Source of the DNA: Eledone cirrhosa
Taxonomy: Eukaryota
Direction: 5' to 3'
Assembly: GCA_964016885.1 (NCBI GenBank)
Contig: OZ024740.1
Span: forward strand, 44,268,001 to 44,332,000
DNA: 64,000 bases
Under the pieces are notes generated by a model. That model was not told where the DNA came from, made no database searches, and saw only the letters and a program-made list of their open reading frames with translations. Positions 1 to 14,512 of the stretch are shown here, one piece after another. The translations under genes and the position numbers were made by a program. Numbering within the stretch: the first letter of the stretch is position 1; each line of letters begins with the position of its first letter.

Positions 1-277
1 AAGTCCTCATAATAAATTAAATCCTCTTAAATGATATGTGTGTGCTATTGTTGGTATAAAAGATGGTTTTGTCTTTGCTATTTATAAAATTAAAGGTTGA
101 ATATACTCGAGAAATTCTATTTCGGCGTTCTACATCTAAACTAACTAACTATATATATCAAAGAGTTTATGAAATGATTAAACTACTATTGCGAAGTAAT
201 GCATTTCTATCTAGTTTCCTGTGTTCTTTCAAGGCTGATTAGCCATTCCATCATATTGTATTCTCTTTCTTTTGTAG

Positions 278-407
278 ACAGGAATTAGTCATGCTTGTTC
301 AAGTGGTTTCTATACAATTGTCGAAATGTTAGCAGAAATACCAGAAGTTGAAGTAAACATTCCAGACAAAGAAGGGAATACGCCGCTCATTTTTGCTGCT
401 CAGGCTG
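278..407 (+). CDS. Ankyrin-repeat protein (ANKRD33/ANKRD33B-like), internal exon; gene starts upstream of the window
   Basis: Pyrimidine tract + TAG acceptor at 275-277. Translates TGISHACSSGFYTIVEMLAEIPEVEVNIPDKEGNTPLIFAAQA-G (ankyrin motif D.EGNTPLIFAA..G). GT donor at 408; phase 1 matches the next exon. Confidence 0.88.
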
Positions 408-593
408 GTACATATCTATATTTATTTCTTCAGATTGTGAACGAGTCGAGCCTAGTCGTAAGGAGGCTGGGCTCATAATCATAAAATCGTGGGTTCGATT
501 CTAGACCGTGTGTCACATTGTCTTTGTAAGCAAAAGCCTTTTTTTATGCTACGTCTTTCTGTCATGAGTTACGACTGGCTGATATTATTAGCA

Positions 594-783
594 CGGTGGA
601 TTAGCAGTATCGGTAGAGGGTCGGACGCCATGCTTTCCAGCATAGTTACGTCCCTTTACGATCTGAGTTCAAATCCCGCCGAGGTTGACTTTGCCTTTCA
701 TCCTTGCGTGGTCGATAAAATAAAGTACCAGTAATGTACTGGGTAATTGCTGGCTTTGTGCCTAAAGTAGAAACAATTATTAG
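594..783 (+). mobile_element. tRNA-type SINE (family S1, Meta-domain-like core), representative copy
   Basis: B-box GAGTTCAAATCCC, core GCCTTTCATCCTT.CG.GGTCGATAAAATAAAGTACC, tail GTAGAAACAATTATTA. Further copies or fragments near 1620, 1858, 2058, 5255, 20641, 22565, 31745, 38857, 39850, 40390, 40703, 43655, 43881, 46340, 46880, 48695. Confidence 0.85.
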
Positions 784-1194
784 CAATGGAAATACCAATG
801 GAAATATTGTTTCCTTGATCCGACCTCACGATCGGATCCTTTTCTTTTTATTCAGATTGAAATGTTAAAATCAGATTTACTCTTCACTGCATTCCTCCCA
901 TTCAATATTTAATAAAATTTAATCTTGTTGTATCGTCTGTTTTTCTCGTTGTGCTCCTGATATTTCAGTTCATATTATTCCAGTTCATTCAGCTGGAAAA
1001 ATTAGTTGTACTTATAATTCAGTCAAGTCACACACTGTGTCATGCTGAATCTCCTAGGGGACTACGCACACACACACACACACGCGCGCCTTTTGTTAGT
1101 GATAAGTAACAATGTTTTTTTCGACATTATATTGAGAAACTGGTCGTGACAGAAATTAATTTCAGTTTTTCCTCTTTCTTTTCCTATTTGACAG

Positions 1195-1335
1195 GCCAGG
1201 AAGAATGTGTACGTATTCTCCTACACGAGTACAAGAAGATACGTGTCGACCATGTTAATAAAGCTGGATTTTCTGCCTTAATGAAAGCAGCAATTCAAGG
1301 ACGAACGAAATGTGCAAAATTACTTTTATTTGCTG
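1195..1335 (+). CDS. ANKRD33B-like ankyrin-repeat protein, internal exon
   Basis: CAG acceptor ending 1194, GTAAG donor at 1336. GQEECVRILLHEYKKIRVDHVNKAGFSALMKAAIQGRTKCAKLLLFAG resembles the GFTALMKAAMQGRT motif I recall for the ANKRD33 family. Phases 1/1 are consistent. Confidence 0.9.
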
Positions 1336-1619
1336 GTAAGATAATTTAGTGGCAATATCTACAAATTTTTTTTTTTTTTTCTATCATCGATGATCCCTTG
1401 ATGGCGTAATGTATAAGAAGTTGGGAGCTTTTAGAATAAGTAAATTTCACGATTTCCTTCTGATATATCTATTAGAAGTGGATGTAGCGTGGCTTAGTGG
1501 TTAATTGGTTCGCTTGGAAATCATAAGAGGCCATAATAATTTGTGGGTTCTTTACATTGTTATATATAGCCAAAAGATTCCAATAACTTCGCGGCGATAA
1601 ATGATAATCATCCTAAGAG

Positions 1620-2296
1620 TGGTGGATTGACAGCACCGTTAGAATTCCGGACTAGATGCTTTGCAGCATTTCATTACGGCTCTTTGCCTTCTGAGTTCAA
1701 ATTATGACGTAGTCAACTTTTTTATTCATCTTTTCGTGGCCGATAAAACAAAACCATAAAGCACCAGTCAAGTACTGGGGCCGATATTATTGGCTTAGCC
1801 ATCCCCTCGAATTGCTGGCCCTATGCCAGAATTAGACAGCATTATGAGGAATCTAATGGTGGATTGGCAGTATCGGTAGAGGGTCGGACGCCATGCTTTG
1901 ACGCATAGAGTTACGGCCCTTGCCATTCTGAGTTCAAATCCCGCCGAGGTTAACTTTGCCATTCATCCTTACGGGGTCGATAAAATAAAGTACCAGTAAT
2001 ACACTGGATAATTGCTGGCCTTGTGCCAAAAGTAGAAACAATTATTAGGAATCTAATGGTAGTATCGGTAGAGGGTCGGACGCCATGCTTTGCAGCAAAG
2101 AGTTACGGCCCTTTATGGTCTGAGTTCAAATCCCCGCGAGGTTAACTTTGCCTTTCATCCTTAAGGGGTCGATAAAATAAAGTACCAGTAATACACTGGT
2201 ACTTTATTTTATGGGATAATTGCTGGCCTTGTGCCCAAAGTAGAAACTGGGATAATTGCTGGCCTTGTGCCAAAAGTAGAAACAATTATTAGGAAT
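1620..2296 (+). mobile_element. Three head-to-tail S1 SINE copies
   Basis: Three successive B-box/core/tail units separated by the repeated spacer ATTAT(G/T)AGGAATCT(AATGGT) at ~1841, ~2041 and ~2285. Confidence 0.8.
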
Positions 2297-2929
2297 CTTG
2301 TTGGTGAAAGACGTAGAATATTAATCGATCTATCCTTCGGCAAGAACATCTATAACTTCCACCTACTAGCATAGCGCAGTTCGGTAGAATATTTACGAAA
2401 GTCGCCTCACATTCATATGTTCGCGATTTCAACACGACAACGTGGCATCTTAAGAAAGTGTCATTTACCTCGGTTTTATACAAACTTCGTGAGTAAAATT
2501 GGATGAACGGAAAATGTTCTGTAGTTCGTGGGATTGACTATACCTCGAATTCAAAGGATGCAACATGGTTAGGATGTACGCTTCGCATTCACTAAGGCCC
2601 ATGTTCGATGCCACAAAGTTTCTAATTGAGCATGTATCATTTACCGAAGCCTGAGGGCAACCAAAAACTCATGAGTCGATTGAAATTAAGAAAGGTATTC
2701 AAGTGAGGAAAAGGGGGAGTAAAGTAATGACAATAGAAGGAATACGGGAAACAATTAATATGGATATTAGGAAACAAAAATGAAAACAAATTATTGTTGA
2801 TTAAACTAGAAAGAATAAGTTACAAGCGAGAGATATGGAATTAAAGAGACAAGTTGCCATGATATAATAGGTGAGATATTACTACGTTTGCGAAAATACA
2901 CAAATAGATAAACAACACACACAAATATG

Positions 2930-3101
<172 letters not shown>

Positions 3102-3261
3102 CTGTGTGTGTGGGGGAGAGAGAAACACCACAGACCCTCCATCTCAATTCTACTTTTGAAAAGCAGAAGAACTGCGAAACCGGTAAAGGAACCAAATAAA
3201 TATATATTTTTTTTTAAAAGAGACTCCAGTTGCATTTTCGATTTCATCTTTTTTCCTTATA

Positions 3262-3342
<81 letters not shown>

Positions 3343-3860
3343 TATATATAGAGTTATAAACTCAAACAGTCTTTTACAATTAAATAGCTCAAAGAAAGAA
3401 ATATTTCTGAGCCGTGTAATACAAATGAATATATGATAAACACTAATACAAGTATATAAGTGTTTCTATTACAAATGACTAAGTTAGCTAGATTGAAAAA
3501 TACTAATTAAATTAATACAGTTTGCCTGTCTCGATTTAAAATAATAAATCAATAAAAACAAACCCATATTGGCAATAGCCGTGATACCTGGAGAAATTTA
3601 AATTTCAAAACTCAAATCTGTTTCGTAACAATAAGTGAAAATTTCCATTTCTGTGCTCATCTGCAGGTATCCAGAAATTGGTATGTTTCACTTTAAAATA
3701 CTTAGGAAGACTGAGAGAAATGTGTTGTTGAACGCACATGTGTCCCAGCGTCTAGCCAGTCCTATAATCGTGCCGCCAGAAATAGCAGCCGGTTTTATGG
3801 GACTAAAAAATTTAGCTCAACATATGGAGCCGAATATATATATATATATATATATATATA

Positions 3861-4043
3861 CGTAGGTCCCGGGTTGAGTCGGGGATAACCACAGTAAGTA
3901 AGGTACTCAATACATGGCAGAGTAAATTTTTTTTATTTTATAGGAGGAGCTTCTACAGGACTAGTACTGTTTCATTCAGATGAAATCTTCAGGAAGCTGA
4001 AGATTTCATCTGAATGAAACAGTACTAGTCCTGTAGAAGCTCC

Positions 4044-4047
<4 letters not shown>
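3861..4047. mobile_element. Fold-back mini-element family A with hammerhead core, in (TA)n
   Basis: Palindrome centred ~3995. Minus strand reads agcttc-CTGAAGA-tttcatctgaat-GAAAC-agtacta-GTC-ctgta-gaagct. Related copies at 4897-5095 and 15393-15609. Confidence 0.75.
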
Positions 4048-4104
<57 letters not shown>

Positions 4105-4108
<4 letters not shown>

Positions 4109-4820
4109 GTGTAATGACTTGGGATTTGGTGTTGGTGTAGAGCAGTGATATCAGGTCCACTATCTTCTTGGAGATTCCATAAGCCTGTAAGATCTTCATC
4201 AGGCAGTGACGGTCCACAGAATCAAAGGCCTTCCTAAAGTCAATGAAAACCATGACCGCGGGAAGGCACTTTGCTCTAGCTCCCTCTAATATCCTCCTCA
4301 GCATCAGGATGTGACTGGGCGGCGTGCCACAGCTTGAGATCTGTGTGGAAGTCGGACCTTCGTAAAAACCTGAAAATCCACCTCTTCATTGCTGTAGTGG
4401 GGTCTGTGCTGCTGTAGGGGTCTGAGACTTGGACACTGACCAAGAAACTCACTCAGATGGTGGATGGGTGCTACACGAGAATGCTGAGGATGGCTCTGAA
4501 CATTAATCAGTATACACTGACGATGAAAAACTCAGAGCTGTATGGGAGCCTCCCAAAAGTCAGCTCAAAAGTGACACAGAGGAGACTGAGGTTAGCTGGA
4601 CATGCTCACCGACATCCAGAGTTGACATTGCACTCAGTGCTCCTGTGGGAGCCCGTACATGGACATACTGGAAGTGGAAGACCAAGGTTAACGTATGTTG
4701 ATGCCATAAGGACACATACTGGTCTGTTGGAGACGCAGGACATGGCAGCGATAATGAGGGACAGAGACCGCTAGAGAGAACTCGTCCATGGATCTCGGGA
4801 ATTTTACCCGCCCTAGAAAT
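4105..4820. mobile_element. Truncated RTE-like LINE with 5' inversion
   Basis: 4105-4318 (-) encodes VFIDFRKAFDSVDRHCLMKILQAYGI. 4318-4775 (+) encodes GSETWTLTK...DGCYTRMLRMALN...RRLRLAGH...GRPRLTY. Flanked by (TA)n. Confidence 0.85.
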
Positions 4821-4843
4821 ACATATATATATATATATATACA

Positions 4844-4876
<33 letters not shown>

Positions 4877-5353
4877 TATATGTGTGTGTGTGTGTTTGAA
4901 TCCTGGGTTCAATCGGGGGTAACCTCAGTAAGTAGGGTACTCAATACATAGTAGAATATGTAATGTTTAATATAGAAATGGCTTCTACAGGACTAGAACT
5001 CTTTCGTTCAAAGGAAATCATCAGTGCTTTCCGGATGATTTACTTCGAATGAAACAGTTCTAGTCCTCTAGAAGCCATTTCTCTTTTGAACAACATATAT
5101 ATATATGCTATGTATATTCATTCTGTCATTACTACTACAGATGTCCGACGAGCTTTTGATTCCAGAGTCGGGTTAGATCAATACAAATCGAACCTTGAGC
5201 TGATCCGTAGCGAAACGCGCGTCACCAACCAATATACGAAATGAAGAAGTAACCATTCGTCCTTGTACTATTACGGGGTCGATAAAATAAAGTACCAGTC
5301 AACAACTGGGGTAATTGCTGGCCTTGCCAAAAGTAGAAACAATTATATTATTA

Positions 5354-5394
<41 letters not shown>

Positions 5395-5398
<4 letters not shown>

Positions 5399-5521
5399 TG
5401 CGAGGTTTTTTATATGAAATCGTGTGTTGAAACAAATATTGTTATACTTGGGGAGGGTCATATTTGTGTAATATTGCCAGAATTCTGGCAATATTACACA
5501 AATATGACCCTCCCCAAGTAT

Positions 5522-5528
<7 letters not shown>
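5395..5528. mobile_element. Solo fold-back of the PLE terminal repeat
   Basis: Perfect palindrome centred on GAATTC (~5482) plus a left extension. Sequence matches both ends of the PLE at 18685-20305. Confidence 0.8.
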
Positions 5529-5592
<64 letters not shown>

Positions 5593-5720
5593 AAATGTTA
5601 GGTATAAATCGAAGTCGTAGCTGCAATATAGAATGTACTAATCGAATTATGAGGCAATCACAAAGCACTGAACGGAGCGAAAAGTTAATACATTTTCGTC
5701 CAGAATATATATATATATAT

Positions 5721-8700
5721 ATATATTAGAAAGATCGAGTATCGAAAAATCGGCGCACGAGTTAACGAAAAACGAAATCCGATATGAGCGGCAGAGGGCT
5801 CAATAATTCAGATGAATCAGAGCTATAACTATCGTTAAAATACCGTCACATATAGAACAAGTCTACAATCAACCATACGATTTAAAATCGATAAAGGAAG
5901 ATTCGGGCCAAACAGATAAAAAATATCAATAAAACAATACGTCAATAATTTAAATGAATGTAAAATCATACCCGGACCCACTAGAAAGGTGTTAAATCTA
6001 GCTTCATGGGTTTCTGTAAATCCTTAGACAGTACTCTATCAGCTCACATATAAATATAAAAGCCTACTAGAATAAGTGGAATGGAGTTTACGTTGTCAAC
6101 GAGTTTTATCCTGGCGGCAAAGGAGTCAACTAGCGGTGAAAAACGCACATGGCATTAGACAAGGGAGATGACCCCTATATCCGCGAAAATAATTCGAGTG
6201 AATGTGGAAATACACATATCGAATTAGAGTGCTCAATAGACATGTTAAAATAAAACAAAAGCTATTCATCACTCAATAGAATCGACAAAATATGAGCAAT
6301 AAAATTAACTGGTGGATAGCTATGTCCAGAGCTAAATATATTAGAAAGATCGAGTATCGAAAAATCGGCGCACGAGTTAACGAAAAACGAAATCCGATAT
6401 GAGCGGCAGAGGGCTCAATAATTCAGATGAATCAGAGCTATAACTATCGTTAAAATACCGTCACATATAGAACAAGTCTACAATCAACCATACGATTTAA
6501 AATCGATAAAGGAAGATTCGGGCCAAACAGATAAAAAATATCAATAAAACAATACGTCAATAATTTAAATGAATGTAAAATCATACCCGGACCCACTAGA
6601 AAGGTGTTAAATCTAGCTTCATGGGTTTCTGTAAATCCTTAGACAGTACTCTATCAGCTCACATATAAATATAAAAGCCTACTAGAATAAGTGGAATGGA
6701 GTTTACGTTGTCAACGAGTTTTATCCTGGCGGCAAAGGAGTCAACTAGCGGTGAAAAACGCACATGGCATTAGACAAGGGAGATGACCCCTATATCCGCG
6801 AAAATAATTCGAGTGAATGTGGAAATACACATATCGAATTAGAGTGCTCAATAGACATGTTAAAATAAAACAAAAGCTATTCATCACTCAATAGAATCGA
6901 CAAAATATGAGCAATAAAATTAACTGGTGGATAGCTATGTCCAGAGCTAAATATATTAGAAAGATCGAGTATCGAAAAATCGGCGCACGAGTTAACGAAA
7001 AACGAAATCCGATATGAGCGGCAGAGGGCTCAATAATTCAGATGAATCAGAGCTATAACTATCGTTAAAATACCGTCACATATAGAACAAGTCTACAATC
7101 AACCATACGATTTAAAATCGATAAAGGAAGATTCGGGCCAAACAGATAAAAAATATCAATAAAACAATACGTCAATAATTTAAATGAATGTAAAGTCATA
7201 CCCGGACCCACTAGAAAGGTGTTAAATCTAGCTTCATGGGTTTCTGTAAATCCTTAGACAGTACTCTATCAGCTCACATATAAATATAAAAGCCTACTAG
7301 AATAAGTGGAATGGAGTTTACGTTGTCAACGAGTTTTATCCTGGCGGCAAAGGAGTCAACTAGCGGTGAAAAACGCACATGGCATTAGACAAGGGAGATG
7401 ACCCCTATATCCGCGAAAATAATTCGAGTGAATGTGGAAATACACATATCGAATTAGAGTGCTCAATAGACATGTTAAAATAAAACAAAAGCTATTCATC
7501 ACTCAATAGAATCGACAAAATATGAGCAATAAAATTAACTGGTGGATAGCTATGTCCAGAGCTAAATATATTAGAAAGATCGAGTATCGAAAAATCGGCG
7601 CACGAGTTAACGAAAAACGAAATCCGATATGAGCGGCAGAGGGCTCAATAATTCAGATGAATCAGAGCTATAACTATCGTTAAAATACCGTCACATATAG
7701 AACAAGTCTACAATCAACCATACGATTTAAAATCGATAAAGGAAGATTCGGGCCAAACAGATAAAAAATATCAATAAAACAATACGTCAATAATTTAAAT
7801 GAATGTAAAATCATACCCGGACCCACTAGAAAGGTGTTAAATCTAGCTTCATGGGTTTCTGTAAATCCTTAGACAGTACTCTATCAGCTCACATATAAAT
7901 ATAAAAGCCTACTAGAATAAGTGGAATGGAGTTTACGTTGTCAACGAGTTTTATCCTGGCGGCAAAGGAGTCAACTAGCGGTGAAAAACGCACATGGCAT
8001 TAGACAAGGGAGATGACCCCTATATCCGCGAAAATAATTCGAGTGAATGTGGAAATACACATATCGAATTAGAGTGCTCAATAGACATGTTAAAATAAAA
8101 CAAAAGCTATTCATCACTCAATAGAATCGACAAAATATGAGCAATAAAATTAACTGGTGGATAGCTATGTCCAGAGCTAAATATATTAGAAAGATCGAGT
8201 ATCGAAAAATCGGCGCACGAGTTAACGAAAAACGAAATCCGATATGAGCGGCAGAGGGCTCAATAATTCAGATGAATCAGAGCTATAACTATCGTTAAAA
8301 TACCGTCACATATAGAACAAGTCTACAATCAACCATACGATTTAAAATCGATAAAGGAAGATTCGGGCCAAACAGATAAAAAATATCAATAAAACAATAC
8401 GTCAATAATTTAAATGAATGTAAAATCATACCCGGACCCACTAGAAAGGTGTTAAATCTAGCTTCATGGGTTTCTGTAAATCCTTAGAAAGTACTCTATC
8501 AGCTCACATATAAATATAAAAGCCTACTAGAATAAGTGGAATGGAGTTTACGTTGTCAACGAGTTTTATCCTGGCGGCAAAGGAGTCAACTAGCGGTGAA
8601 AAACGCACATGGCATTAGACAAGGGAGATGACCCCTATATCCGCGAAAATAATTCGAGTGAATGTGGAAATACACATATCGAATTAGAGTGCTCAATAGA

Positions 8701-11700
8701 CATGTTAAAATAAAACAAAAGCTATTCATCACTCAATAGAATCGACAAAATATGAGCAATAAAATTAACTGGTGGATAGCTATGTCCAGAGCTAAATATA
8801 TTAGAAAGATCGAGTATCGAAAAATCGGCGCACGAGTTAACGAAAAACGAAATCCGATATGAGCGGCAGAGGGCTCAATAATTCAGATGAATCAGAGCTA
8901 TAACTATCGTTAAAATACCGTCACATATAGAACAAGTCTACAATCAACCATACGATTTAAAATCGATAAAGGAAGATTCGGGCCAAACAGATAAAAAATA
9001 TCAATAAAACAATACGTCAATAATTTAAATGAATGTAAAATCATACCCGGACCCACTAGAAAGGTGTTAAATCTAGCTTCATGGGTTTCTGTAAATCCTT
9101 AGACAGTACTCTATCAGCTCACATATAAATATAAAAGCCTACTAGAATAAGTGGAATGGAGTTTACGTTGTCAACGAGTTTTATCCTGGCGGCAAAGGAG
9201 TCAACTAGCGGTGAAAAACGCACATGGCATTAGACAAGGGAGATGACCCCTATATCCGCGAAAATAATTCGAGTGAATGTGGAAATACACATATCGAATT
9301 AGAGTGCTCAATAGACATGTTAAAATAAAACAAAAGCTATTCATCACTCAATAGAATCGACAAAATATGAGCAATAAAATTAACTGGTGGATAGCTATGT
9401 CCAGAGCTAAATATATTAGAAAGATCGAGTATCGAAAAATCGGCGCACGAGTTAACGAAAAACGAAATCCGATATGAGCGGCAGAGGGCTCAATAATTCA
9501 GATGAATCAGAGCTATAACTATCGTTAAAATACCGTCACATATAGAACAAGTCTACAATCAACCATACGATTTAAAATCGATAAAGGAAGATTCGGGCCA
9601 AACAGATAAAAAATATCAATAAAACAATACGTCAATAATTTAAATGAATGTAAAATCATACCCGGACCCACTAGAAAGGTGTTAAATCTAGCTTCATGGG
9701 TTTCTGTAAATCCTTAGACAGTACTCTATCAGCTCACATATAAATATAAAAGCCTACTAGAATAAGTGGAATGGAGTTTACGTTGTCAACGAGTTTTATC
9801 CTGGCGGCAAAGGAGTCAACTAGCGGTGAAAAACGCACATGGCATTAGACAAGGGAGATGACCCCTATATCCGCGAAAATAATTCGAGTGAATGTGGAAA
9901 TACACATATCGAATTAGAGTGCTCAATAGACATGTTAAAATAAAACAAAAGCTATTCATCACTCAATAGAATCGACAAAATATGAGCAATAAAATTAACT
10001 GGTGGATAGCTATGTCCAGAGCTAAATATATTAGAAAGATCGAGTATCGAAAAATCGGCGCACGAGTTAACGAAAAACGAAATCCGATATGAGCGGCAGA
10101 GGGCTCAATAATTCAGATGAATCAGAGCTATAACTATCGTTAAAATACCGTCACATATAGAACAAGTCTACAATCAACCATACGATTTAAAATCGATAAA
10201 GGAAGATTCGGGCCAAACAGATAAAAAATATCAATAAAACAATACGTCAATAATTTAAATGAATGTAAAATCATACCCGGACCCACTAGAAAGGTGTTAA
10301 ATCTAGCTTCATGGGTTTCTGTAAATCCTTAGACAGTACTCTATCAGCTCACATATAAATATAAAAGCCTACTAGAATAAGTGGAATGGAGTTTACGTTG
10401 TCAACGAGTTTTATCCTGGCGGCAAAGGAGTCAACTAGCGGTGAAAAACGCACATGGCATTAGACAAGGGAGATGACCCCTATATCCGCGAAAATAATTC
10501 GAGTGAATGTGGAAATACACATATCGAATTAGAGTGCTCAATAGACATGTTAAAATAAAACAAAAGCTATTCATCACTCAATAGAATCGACAAAATATGA
10601 GCAATAAAATTAACTGGTGGATAGCTATGTCCAGAGCTAAATATATTAGAAAGATCGAGTATCGAAAAATCGGCGCACGAGTTAACGAAAAACGAAATCC
10701 GATATGAGCGGCAGAGGGCTCAATAATTCAGATGAATCAGAGCTATAACTATCGTTAAAATACCGTCACATATAGAACAAGTCTACAATCAACCATACGA
10801 TTTAAAATCGATAAAGGAAGATTCGGGCCAAACAGATAAAAAATATCAATAAAACAATACGTCAATAATTTAAATGAATGTAAAATCATACCCGGACCCA
10901 CTAGAAAGGTGTTAAATCTAGCTTCATGGGTTTCTGTAAATCCTTAGAAGGTACTCTATCAGCTCACATATAAATATAAAAGCCTACTAGAATAAGTGGA
11001 ATGGAGTTTACGTTGTCAACGAGTTTTATCCTGGCGGCAAAGGAGTCAACTAGCGGTGAAAAACGCACATGGCATTAGACAAGGGAGATGACCCCTATAT
11101 CCGCGAAAATAATTCGAGTGAATGTGGAAATACACATATCGAATTAGAGTGCTCAATAGACATGTTAAAATAAAACAAAAGCTATTCATCACTCAATAGA
11201 ATCGACAAAATATGAGCAATAAAATTAACTGGTGGATAGCTATGTCCAGAGCTAAATATATTAGAAAGATCGAGTATCGAAAAATCGGCGCACGAGTTAA
11301 CGAAAAACGAAATCCGATATGAGCGGCAGAGGGCTCAATAATTCAGATGAATCAGAGCTATAACTATCGTTAAAATACCGTCACATATAGAACAAGTCTA
11401 CAATCAACCATACGATTTAAAATCGATAAAGGAAGATTCGGGCCAAACAGATAAAAAATATCAATAAAACAATACGTCAATAATTTAAATGAATGTAAAA
11501 TCATACCCGGACCCACTAGAAAGGTGTTAAATCTAGCTTCATGGGTTTCTGTAAATCCTTAGAAAGTACTCTATCAGCTCACATATAAATATAAAAGCCT
11601 ACTAGAATAAGTGGAATGGAGTTTACGTTGTCAACGAGTTTTATCCTGGCGGCAAAGGAGTCAACTAGCGGTGAAAAACGCACATGGCATTAGACAAGGG

Positions 11701-14022
11701 AGATGACCCCTATATCCGCGAAAATAATTCGAGTGAATGTGGAAATACACATATCGAATTAGAGTGCTCAATAGACATGTTAAAATAAAACAAAAGCTAT
11801 TCATCACTCAATAGAATCGACAAAATATGAGCAATAAAATTAACTGGTGGATAGCTATGTCCAGAGCTAAATATATTAGAAAGATCGAGTATCGAAAAAT
11901 CGGCGCACGAGTTAACGAAAAACGAAATCCGATATGAGCGGCAGAGGGCTCAATAATTCAGATGAATCAGAGCTATAACTATCGTTAAAATACCGTCACA
12001 TATAGAACAAGTCTACAATCAACCATACGATTTAAAATCGATAAAGGAAGATTCGGGCCAAACAGATAAAAAATATCAATAAAACAATACGTCAATAATT
12101 TAAATGAATGTAAAATCATACCCGGACCCACTAGAAAGGTGTTAAATCTAGCTTCATGGGTTTCTGTAAATCCTTAGACAGTACTCTATCAGCTCACATA
12201 TAAATATAAAAGCCTACTAGAATAAGTGGAATGGAGTTTACGTTGTCAACGAGTTTTATCCTGGCGGCAAAGGAGTCAACTAGCGGTGAAAAACGCACAT
12301 GGCATTAGACAAGGGAGATGACCCCTATATCCGCGAAAATAATTCGAGTGAATGTGGAAATACACATATCGAATTAGAGTGCTCAATAGACATGTTAAAA
12401 TAAAACAAAAGCTATTCATCACTCAATAGAATCGACAAAATATGAGCAATAAAATTAACTGGTGGATAGCTATGTCCAGAGCTAAATATATTAGAAAGAT
12501 CGAGTATCGAAAAATCGGCGCACGAGTTAACGAAAAACGAAATCCGATATGAGCGGCAGAGGGCTCAATAATTCAGATGAATCAGAGCTATAACTATCGT
12601 TAAAATACCGTCACATATAGAACAAGTCTACAATCAACCATACGATTTAAAATCGATAAAGGAAGATTCGGGCCAAACAGATAAAAAATATCAATAAAAC
12701 AATACGTCAATAATTTAAATGAATGTAAAATCATACCCGGACCCACTAGAAAGGTGTTAAATCTAGCTTCATGGGTTTCTGTAAATCCTTAGAAAGTACT
12801 CTATCAGCTCACATATAAATATAAAAGCCTACTAGAATAAGTGGAATGGAGTTTACGTTGTCAACGAGTTTTATCCTGGCGGCAAAGGAGTCAACTAGCG
12901 GTGAAAAACGCACATGGCATTAGACAAGGGAGATGACCCCTATATCCGCGAAAATAATTCGAGTGAATGTGGAAATACACATATCGAATTAGAGTGCTCA
13001 ATAGACATGTTAAAATAAAACAAAAGCTATTCATCACTCAATAGAATCGACAAAATATGAGCAATAAAATTAACTGGTGGATAGCTATGTCCAGAGCTAA
13101 ATATATTAGAAAGATCGAGTATCGAAAAATCGGCGCACGAGTTAACGAAAAACGAAATCCGATATGAGCGGCAGAGGGCTCAATAATTCAGATGAATCAG
13201 AGCTATAACTATCGTTAAAATACCGTCACATATAGAACAAGTCTACAATCAACCATACGATTTAAAATCGATAAAGGAAGATTCGGGCCAAACAGATAAA
13301 AAATATCAATAAAACAATACGTCAATAATTTAAATGAATGTAAAATCATACCCGGACCCACTAGAAAGGTGTTAAATCTAGCTTCATGGGTTTCTGTAAA
13401 TCCTTAGAAAGTACTCTATCAGCTCACATATAAATATAAAAGCCTACTAGAATAAGTGGAATGGAGTTTACGTTGTCAACGAGTTTTATCCTGGCGGCAA
13501 AGGAGTCAACTAGCGGTGAAAAACGCACATGGCATTAGACAAGGGAGATGACCCCTATATCCGCGAAAATAATTCGAGTGAATGTGGAAATACACATATC
13601 GAATTAGAGTGCTCAATAGACATGTTAAAATAAAACAAAAGCTATTCATCACTCAATAGAATCGACAAAATATGAGCAATAAAATTAACTGGTGGATAGC
13701 TATGTCCAGAGCTAAATATATTAGAAAGATCGAGTATCGAAAAATCGGCGCACGAGTTAACGAAAAACGAAATCCGATATGAGCGGCAGAGGGCTCAATA
13801 ATTCAGATGAATCAGAGCTATAACTATCGTTAAAATACCGTCACATATAGAACAAGTCTACAATCAACCATACGATTTAAAATCGATAAAGGAAGATTCG
13901 GGCCAAACAGATAAAAAATATCAATAAAACAATACGTCAATAATTTAAATGAATGTAAAATCATACCCGGACCCACTAGAAAGGTGTTAAATCTAGCTTC
14001 ATGGGTTTCTGTAAATCCTTAG

Positions 14023-14023
<1 letters not shown>
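5721..14023. repeat. Tandem array, 615-bp unit x ~13.5
   Basis: ATATATTAGAAAGATCGAGT recurs at 5721, 6336, 6951 and onward. Copies are nearly identical. (TA)n on both sides; no ORF of 60 aa or more. Confidence 0.98.
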
Positions 14024-14086
<63 letters not shown>

Positions 14087-14137
14087 TATCATATGTAACC
14101 TATGTGCAACCACGCAGTATTCTTCTTTCTTCTCATG

Positions 14138-14265
<128 letters not shown>

Positions 14266-14385
14266 AGAACACGGGAAGGTAATATCTGTAGTGGTAGAGC
14301 ACTCAATCCGTTGGACGAGTTTGGTAGAAGTAGTAACACAACAGTTAGTTTACCATGGTGAACTAACTGTTGTGTTACTACTTAT

Positions 14386-14512
<127 letters not shown>

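Noticed and set aside
594-700. tRNA gene (B-box GAGTTCAAATCCC)
   Set aside because: No cloverleaf; it is the head of a multi-copy SINE.
5995-6045. Hammerhead-like CTGATAGA...GAAA on the minus strand of the 615-bp unit
   Set aside because: Extra base in the core and no convincing stem I or stem III.
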